Shown one piece after another: positions 24,939 to 33,201 of a DNA stretch of 33,201 nucleotides (positions are counted from its first letter, which is position 1; each line of letters begins with the position of its first letter). The translations under genes were made by a program, and so were the position numbers. The notes beneath the pieces were generated by a model. It searched no databases and was not told the DNA's origin. It saw nothing but the letters and a program-made list of their open reading frames with translations. Source of the stretch: Streblomastix strix (Eukaryota); assembly GCA_008636045.1 (NCBI GenBank), contig SNRW01000060.1, positions 1 to 33,201 of the forward strand, read 5' to 3'.

Positions 24939-26116
24939 ATGAGTGAACAAACTTAATAAAGTGTATCTTAATAACCATCTGTTGCAGATAAATTAGGATA
25001 GGTCTCCCGAACCGGACCAAGAGTTATAGAACCAGATTATTATGGAAATAAGGGGATAGTGTTAACATATGAAACATATCAGAAGACAATAGGACCATAA
25101 TTAACATTAAATTTAGAGCTGAAAGATAATAAAGATTATTAAAAGGTTAGAGAATAATCATTAAATAAAAGAAATGAGCTTTTAGCACAATCAAGGTAAT
25201 AATCATATGCTCCTCTAATGGATTTGATTGGTATGAAAAAGATATTTAATTCTAGAAAATGTGGTCAAATCCACTTTCATTCGAAGAGTGGAGAAAGTGT
25301 AGAAAAAATGTTAGATAATAGAAATGGGCTGGATCTAGTGAAGATATTAATGGTGATAAGTTTCCAGAGTTTGTTGTTCGTGAAGATAGATGATTTATTC
25401 AATCAGCTGATGGGCTTAGAATTACAGTTCCAATTAAGTGTCAAAGAGTAATCAAATATTTCACTGAAAACCCTACTAAATAAGATAGAACTACTACACA
25501 TTATAAAACATGGAAAGAAGAAGATAAGCCAGCAGATGGATTTAGACATTTCATTAAAAAATATCTATCTCCATTCTTGAAAGAGCGTGGCAATACTGTA
25601 GCTTAAGTACATTCAGTCATTGGAGGAAGAATTTGGAAGGGGGTTATTGCTCCATGGGTATTGTAATATTACGATAAATCATATTAAGCATAATCATTTA
25701 TTGGAGGAGATGCTACATCACTAGCGATATATAAGAAATTGAATAAAGCAATAAAATAAGCAAATAATCAATATTTCATAACTGATAATAGTTAGTAAAG
25801 AGATAATTAAATGATGAGACTGATATAAATAGGTTATGCAGCATTTTGGAATAATCAATTAGGTGAAATCTCTGATGACACAAATGATGATGGAGATGAT
25901 ATATTTACTATTCCAACAGAATAAGCTATTAAAGAGGCAAAATAGAAAAGAGATGAGAAAAGAATGTGAGAATAGAGATCATATGAATCGGATATGGCAA
26001 AAATAAAAGCATGGAAAAAACCAACATTTAGTGAAGGAAAGACAGTAGAAAGTGCTGGACTAGTACCTTATAACTTCTAAAATGATTTAGATGATTATGT
26101 TATTGAGAATGAGTGA
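24939..26116 (+). pseudogene. Hypothetical viral protein with a DINGDxxPE motif, disrupted
   Basis: Frameshift at ~25250-25290, TGAs at 25391 and 25967. EDINGDKFPEFVV at ~25340. Confidence 0.6.
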
Positions 26117-26155
26117 AAATTATTAGCATTTATTATTATTTTTGTTTTTATTAAA

Positions 26156-27309
26156 ATGAAATTAATAAGCTGGAATCTTGTTCACATAGATAAATAAATT
26201 AAGATAGAATTAATTAGGAACATCTGTTCCGTTAATTTCAATAAAATGTAGATATCAAAGTACTGTTTACTTTTAACATATGATTAATTAAATGATTATA
26301 AAGAAAAAATTAAAAATATTTGTAGTGAAGATGAACTGAAAAAATATATTGATGAAATGTAAAATGTTAGCGAAGAATAATACAAATTACGTGAATAATA
26401 TGGGTGTTTCCATTCACAAACAACTCCTTACTTTTTAATGTTTTAAAATATTTATAATAATTTTAAAACAATATCTGGAGTTATAATTTTCGTAATAGTG
26501 CGACGTTGCGGAAATGGTCAAAAAATATAACTTCAGTTTTTTGCAATGGAAATCGTATCACTATCGTTTAAATTTTATTTAAAACATATAAAAATATTTT
26601 TCAGGCATAATTATTGGCAATTGGGAAATTTTCAGCGGCACGCTTCCGAGATTATAATTTTTTTTTCTTTTTCAGTTTTACGGCCCAATTTATATTAATC
26701 TTCAATTTTTATTATGAAATACATTATTGTTATTTATTTAATAATTTTTAATTTAATAAAAATTAAAATATTATCAGTAATTGTGGAGCAAAATTGATTT
26801 TATTATTTTTTTGAGAATTTGTATCTCACATAAAAAGGAAAATTGAACTTATAAACTTGTATACTTAAATTTTATTATTTATTAATAAAAAAATAAAAAA
26901 AATTAAACATTTGAAATAACAGATCGAGTAAAAAATGAAAAAATAAAAAAAAATCAATTTTTTGAATCCCTCGCGGTGGAATTTGCAATATTTGTAGTTA
27001 TATCTATTTTTAAAATAATTTTAAAATGTTTAAAATTTAATTAAAGTGATAATGATACCGTTTTGGTGGCGAAAAATCTAAGTTATATTTTTTGGCAGTT
27101 TCAGCAACGCCGCATAATTTCGAAAATTGTAACTCCAGATATTGTTATTAAAATTATTTAAAATATTTCTAAATAATAAAAACGAATATTATCCTACTGA
27201 ATGGACACACCCATATATAAAAGATTGGCGTTAATTCTAAAAACAAATGTGGGGTGAAGACCCTGACTATGATAAATCTGATTCGGATTCTGACTCTTTG
27301 GGTGAATGA
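26156..27309 (+). pseudogene. 112-aa viral ORF interrupted by a MITE
   Basis: Joining 26156-26400 to 27216-27309 restores the frame: ...KLREQYIKDWRQFQKQMWGEDPDYDKSDSDSDSLGE*. Confidence 0.8.
26401..27213. mobile_element. 813-bp MITE with TA TSD and ~200-bp imperfect TIRs (Tc1/mariner-type target)
   Basis: TA|TGGGTGTTTCCATTCA ... TGAATGGACACACCCA|TA, plus inner matches such as ACAATATCTGGAGTTA / TAACTCCAGATATTGT. Non-coding interior. Confidence 0.9.
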
Positions 27310-27378
27310 TAAATTACTATGTAATCTGGCATAAATACTTATGCAAAGCATTCTGACTCTTTGAGTAAAAGCTATAAC

Positions 27379-27601
27379 ATTAATTTTATACATTATTTAT
27401 ATTGATTGGTTATAATAAATAACAATATGCGTTGATGTTCATTTACCGTAAATGTTATATCATTAATGTTATACATTATTCATATCAATTGACTATAATA
27501 AATAACAATATGCGTTGATGCTCATAGTCATTTGGCGTGGACGAATGGTGTTATTTTTATACGAAAAATCTTAACCTCCAAAAATTTTATATATTATCTC
27601 T
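27379..27601 (-). repeat. Right terminal inverted repeat
   Basis: Reverse complement of 6588-6811. Confidence 0.95.
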
Positions 27602-27607
27602 AACTTC
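27602..27607 (+). repeat. Right target-site duplication AACTTC
   Basis: Directly follows the terminal CT of the right TIR. Confidence 0.95.
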
Positions 27608-28128
27608 TAATTATAACATCAACATTACCAAATTAGGTTAATTCAGAAGAACGGAGTGGGATAAAATTGCTCATGTTAACGAAGGAATTAAATAAAGATG
27701 GGTAAAAATTAAAGAAAAAAAATAAATGAAAATATTTGAGATATATTGATATGATTTAATTGTTATTTGGACGAACTAACTGTACCCTGCTAGCTACAAA
27801 TAAATAAATCTTTTCATTTAATTAAATTTCAAATATTTTTATTTAAGCAACTTGAATAATTTTAGTTTGTATTTATTATGAAAAATACTAATTATATTTA
27901 TATATTAATCCTATGTTAGAGTCAGCATTATTTTTACTATTACTAACTCATTTTAGAACAGAATTGAAAAAATACATTTTATTCAATGAAAATTGAAAAT
28001 ATTATTTTATTTTACTCGTTTTACGATGATAATTATTTGATTATATTTATTCATCTGAAAATTGTATAGATTGTTGACTTATTAATGATTAATTTATTTT
28101 TATAATTTAGTTACAATTTCAACATCCT

Positions 28129-29307
28129 ATGGAAGATTTAGATTCGTTTGAAGCTGTTATTGTTTATTTTTCTTCAACAAACAACACACAATATGTTGCT
28201 GAACATATCGCAAGTTCATTAACTGTATCAGAGTATTAAAACGGAAAAAATATTGTTATTCGTTTATTTGATGGATTTGAATTATTCAAAGCAGCAGATT
28301 TGGGATCACCAATTACTTTTCCTACTGTTGATCTATCAAAGAGTAAAGTATGGATAAATTTCTTAAATTCATTAAGAACATCTAAATTATTTGGATGTGG
28401 AAGTTATGTTTGTTCTGGTCATCTCCCGCCTTACATTGAATGATTCTTCAATAAATAAATTATTAGTGATTAAGATGTAAAGAATATTAAATTTCACTTT
28501 TCATTCTCAACACATGGGTCAACTCCAAACAAGTCAACAAACTTAACAATTTCTAATCTCATATAATAAAGATTACCTAATTCTATATATTGTGGATCTT
28601 TAGATATTCATGCACCTGAGAATTCACCACCAATGCTTCCAATTAAAGGTTAATCAGATTAATGGGATAATTAAGAGAGAATTAAATTGATTGAATTTGA
28701 AAGCCAATTATTGAAAAGAATTTTAAATAAAGAATATAAAGGTGAAATATTAAAGTTCTATAATAAAGATTATTCTATATTCCATAAAATTGTTCACAAA
28801 ACGCTTGGACCAATTACAATTGATTTGGATAAGTGCGTTAAATGCGGCATTTGTGAAAGGAATTGCCCATATAATGCAATTAAATTGAGAAGATCGAAAA
28901 ATGGAGTAATTATTGATGATATTTAAGATTCAAAAGAGGTGTTATTAGATTCTAATTCTAAACTAGATTAAGATAAAGATAAAGATAGAATAATAAAGAT
29001 TCCAATTATTGAATTATCAAGATGTCAAAGATGCACAAAGTGCTATAATTACTGTCCAGTTAATGCAATCTAATTAAATAGTTGGGATTCAAAACTCCGC
29101 ATTCAGTATAAAGGACCTAATCTTAAACCAAGAAAGGATTCAGATAATTAATTATTAGTTGATATTCGTGATTAGTAGATTGTAGAATGGGGAAAAGCTC
29201 CATTATATCCGATTCTTATTTCACGAATGGCTATTGGGAAAAGTCGTTATATTTACTCTTTCCTTGCACTATTGATTGTAATATTATTCCTAATTAATAT
29301 TTTGTGA
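28129..29307 (+). pseudogene. Host flavodoxin-2x[4Fe-4S] ferredoxin fusion (EFR1-like) with hydrophobic C-terminal tail and one in-frame TGA
   Basis: IVYFSSTNNTQYVAEHIA, CVKCGICERNCPYNAI, CQRCTKCYNYCPVNAI, tail YIYSFLALLIVILFLINIL*. TGA at 28441. An upstream exon is possible (AG at 28109-28110). Confidence 0.75.
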
Positions 29308-30305
29308 GTATTTTTTAACAATTGAATAAGTGTGATTAAGCGATCATATAAGAATAGCAAGATATAATAATCGATGCAAATCACAATGCAAGAGTAAGAG
29401 ATTCTATATTTATCTTACACCATTTATTGAGTGCATTTTAATTTTTTCTGTTATTCTCCATCTGAGCACGTCATTTTTTGTTTGAATGTTTGAATTCTTC
29501 TCAATATTTACCAATTTAGCACTCAATATTTATAATAAATCAGAATTATTTTCAAAATCAATTAGTTTAATTTCTTATTATTAACTATTTAAATTTAATT
29601 AATTTAATTTATTCATCTTATTTTTCTATTTTCTATTTTCTATTTTCTATTTAATTTTAACTGCCATCATCTCAGTTTATTCCTTCTTAATCATCATTCA
29701 TTTTAATTTATTTCATCTCATTCTTCAATTCTTAATTATTTTCATCTAATTAGAAATTTGATAATTATCTTAAATATTTCAATTTAAGCCAGAAAAGAAA
29801 TATTAACAATATTAAGTATTATATTTCAATATCTGCATATAATTTGTTTATCATTATTTTTTTTATCTATTTAATAATTTCAATAGCATTTCAATTAAAA
29901 TTCTTTTTCTATCTTAATTTTCAATTCTATTTTCTTAATGACATTTTCTCATTTGCAATTTATTCCTTCATAAAACACTTTTCTCCGAAATCGCATTTTT
30001 CCTGTCAATATGTTGCTTATATTTCAATTTAATTTATAATTTTAAAATTAAATATATGTTTAAGCCATTTTTTATATAAATATTTTCTCAAATATGTAAA
30101 CTTACAACTTTCAAATTTTTTAAACATAAATTCTAATTTTCCCTCTAAAACTTTCAAAATAAAATATCCATGAGTATAAAATTCAAACAATTTAAAATCA
30201 TATATGTCATAATTACTACCAAATCAAAAATATAACTTTTGATCAATTACATTTTATAATAATTTTTATTTTAATTATATTTTTAATCATACAGACAAAC
30301 CTTAC

Positions 30306-33201
30306 ATGAAAGAAAAAGGTGAAAATTTAAAAGATTAGTCCTCATATATGGATATGCATATTTCTTAAGATGAAAAACTCACCAATTCAGCGGATGTTGG
30401 CAGTTAAACAAATCATTCGTAGAGTGGAAGGATTACAATTCAGTCTCCAAATGTTTTGTCACAATCCAAACTTGATTATTGTTAAGGAATGTCATTGGGG
30501 CAGGCGATGAAGCGTTGGAATCAAATGGAGATAACTGCACTGTGAATGGCATATCCAAAAAATGCTGAGGTATAAATTATTATTTTTGTAAAATCTTTTA
30601 CACTTTTTTTATAACTTTATAATCAGAAAAAATTGGATTAGGGAAAATTTTTTCTGGAAGATAATTCACTTATTTTCTAAGATTCTTCTATTTTAATACA
30701 ATAAAAAGCTTCCAAAAGATTAAATTCTGAGGAAGAAATCAACAATATTGAGGCAAAAAAAAGTTCAGAGTAAGAAAAAATAAAGGTTTTCAATAATTAT
30801 TTATAACTCAATAAAAAATATTTTACCTTATATTTTTATATAATTTTAGAGAGATCTTCATGACTTTCATCAGTAGCTTCAATGTCAAAATGACCTTATT
30901 TAGAGTTAATAAATTTAAATAAATGATTTTTTACGACTAATAAAAAACTTAGATAAAAATAAAGATGAATAAAAATATAATGAAGAAGAAAATTCTAACA
31001 TTTTGATAATAATGGATTTAGTTGATTAAAGGATGTTTGAATTAAAGGAAGTATTATAAGTGTCATTGAAAGATTTTATTTCCGAAGAAATAGCTTAGAA
31101 AATAAGTTAGATTACATCATAATAGCACAAATAAAACGAAGAATGGAAAAATGTTGATGAATTAGAACAGAAATAATTGAAGGATACATTGAAAGAACAA
31201 GATGAAGTTACAAAGAATAATTTATTTGATTTATAAAATGAGATTACTAAATAAATTAATAATTAGACTGCAATACTATAATCTAATAATGAAAATTAAA
31301 CCAGAGATATTTAATATAAAATGAAAGAAATTAAAGAAATCAACACAATTAATTAATAATAAATAAAGTAGGATATGTCTGAATAAATTGTGATTGAAGT
31401 GAGGAAGTCAATGAATGATTAACTGAAAGGTCTGATTGATAATTGTATTTAAAAAGCTTTGAATAAACAAAATTAAGATGATATGAAGATTGTTTAACAA
31501 GATATTAATTAATTAAACTAAAATACTAGTCAAGATATTAAGAATGATGCTATTTAAGATATAATAAGTAAATAAATTGAAGATTGAATAAAGAAACTGA
31601 AAGAAAGCGAAGAACTTAAATTATTAATCCAAAGGAATATAAGAAAATTGAGGAAGAAAGAAAAAAATGTATAAATAATTAAATAGAGTGAAAATGTAGA
31701 TTAAGAGTAAAAGAATAATTAGCAACAATTTTCAAATATTAAAAATGGATAAAATACAAATGATCTTGAAAACACATTCAGAATTTCAACATCAAAATAA
31801 TCATTAAATAGAAAATAATCTTCTTAGTTTTCACTCGAATCATGTGATAATTCTTCTGGAGTACCTCATCCTAATAGAAACTATTCACAAACTATAACAA
31901 ATAACAAAAATTTCAGAAAAGATACAAACAACGTGAATTATTATCCACATAATAATAAGATTCTTCCCTTATATATGTATCCTTTCTCTAATATCAAATC
32001 TGATAAAGTTCTCACTCATGAATAAATATTATCTAATCAATAATTTTAATAGAGTAATCAAGGATCTGAAACTCCAAAAACTCCATTTAGTAACCCTTTT
32101 TAATATTCATCATCACTGTTGGAACAGAATTCACTACTTACCAATTTATACTCATTTAGTACAAGTACAAAAGATGCAAATTATTTACCTATTAATCATT
32201 TAAGTTAGGATAATAATAAAACTGAAAACTTAACTAATAACATTATCAAAGATAATCATATTCATAGTCATTCATAGAGACCGTAATAATCTAATTTCCC
32301 TCACAAAACAACAGCATTAGAAAAGTATCTGTCTTTTGTTGAAGAGGATCTTCGTGTTACAGAAGTCGTTGATCGTAGAATATTTGAGTTATTTATGCAT
32401 CATTATCCAAATATGCTTGCTGTAGACAATGTAAGCTAAAAAGTGAGAGATAAAATTCGTTAAATGCCGGTTGCTTTTATAAATTATAGTGAATATGCTA
32501 TGTTCTTAAATCACTTTGAAGGTTAAGATCTTATTGAAAGATAAAAGTTGGTAGTAGATGATATATTAAAGAAGAACTAGTATGTTAATAATGGTGAAAT
32601 TAATGAACAAACAATTTCAAATTCAAATTCATATTAATAATCTTTCATTTAAGAAAATGAAATTAATGATGAAACTGATTTTGGATGTCAATTTATGCTT
32701 AGTTTAGTTAGAGAAAGATAAATTGAATAAGAGATCTTGGAGTTGTATAAGAATGAGAGGTTACAAAGAGAGAAATAAAGGGAAGTTGATTCAGATAATA
32801 AAATGAATGAATATGGTGAAAATACTGATATATTAATAGATGTAGATAATAAATAAAATTAAGATTAATAAATGAAAGAATATTCAGATATTTAATTGAA
32901 CCTTCAAACAAACTAAAAAATTCAAAATAAAATAATAGAAAAAAAGCAAATTAAAAAGAAAATGAAAGAAAAGAAAATTTTAACATTAGATCAAGAGATT
33001 GAAATGCTTGAATAGAAAATTCAAAAAACTGCAAAATTTATTGACAATGAAGAAGAAAATATAGAATAAGACAGCATTAAAGAAGAAGATTAAGAAGAAA
33101 ATGAAGAAGATATTGAATAAGAAGTTGGTATTGAAGATAATAAGACAAAAGATAGTTCTGATAACTAACTCTTGTTGGAATTTAATACACCAAATGATTA
33201 A
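30306..33201 (+). pseudogene. Host Q/N/E/K-rich coiled-coil gene, 3'-partial, with two introns and in-frame TGAs
   Basis: GT-AG introns at 30570-30626 and 30786-30849 keep the frame. The long exon runs to the window end. TGAs at 30543 and 31585. Start uncertain. Confidence 0.55.

Larger units (their letters stand above)
6588..27601 (+). mobile_element. Full-length integrated Polinton/Maverick-like virus (21,014 bp)
   Basis: TIRs at 6588-6811 and 27379-27601, termini AGAGATAAT...ATTATCTCT, identical AACTTC at 6582-6587 and 27602-27607. Contains pPolB, integrase, ATPase and capsid-like genes. Confidence 0.97.

Noticed and set aside
29330..30290. Possible gene or RNA in the T-rich stretch
   Set aside because: Low-complexity sequence with no recognisable motif. 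A minus-strand low-complexity exon cannot be excluded but is unsupported.
9962..31587. TGA reassigned to an amino acid or selenocysteine
   Set aside because: TGA ends essentially every gene, the residues expected at internal TGAs differ (Arg, Gly, Gln), and frameshifts co-occur. Decay is the simpler explanation.
229..32911. Supplied standard-code ORFs as real genes
   Set aside because: They are either fragments of longer code-6 genes cut at Gln codons (7767, 8357, 8864, 10415, 15888, 16293, 16668, 17427, 28687) or shadow/off-frame ORFs.

Overview
AT-rich eukaryotic (protist) DNA that reads only with TAA/TAG = Gln and TGA = stop (translation table 6), so the supplied standard-code ORF track shows fragments only. 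The centre (6588-27601, 21,014 bp) is a complete integrated Polinton/Maverick-type dsDNA virus: ~224-bp TIRs, AG...CT ends and a perfect 6-bp TSD (AACTTC). It encodes a protein-primed PolB, an HNH nuclease, an rve integrase with a DD35D triad, a packaging ATPase, a putative major capsid protein (intact) and penton, a phage-tail-fibre-like repeat protein, a second multi-head-domain protein and several small ORFs. Many of these genes carry frameshifts or in-frame TGAs. An 813-bp MITE is nested in the last viral ORF. The left flank holds transposon debris: a 406-bp AGTAGT-ended element, a pogo-like transposase relic and a Tc1/mariner deletion derivative. The right flank holds a flavodoxin-2x[4Fe-4S] ferredoxin fusion and an intron-containing Q/N/E-rich gene. 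The code, ~60-nt introns and anaerobe-type gene suggest a metamonad such as the oxymonad Streblomastix (inference). All translations and coordinates were done by hand.
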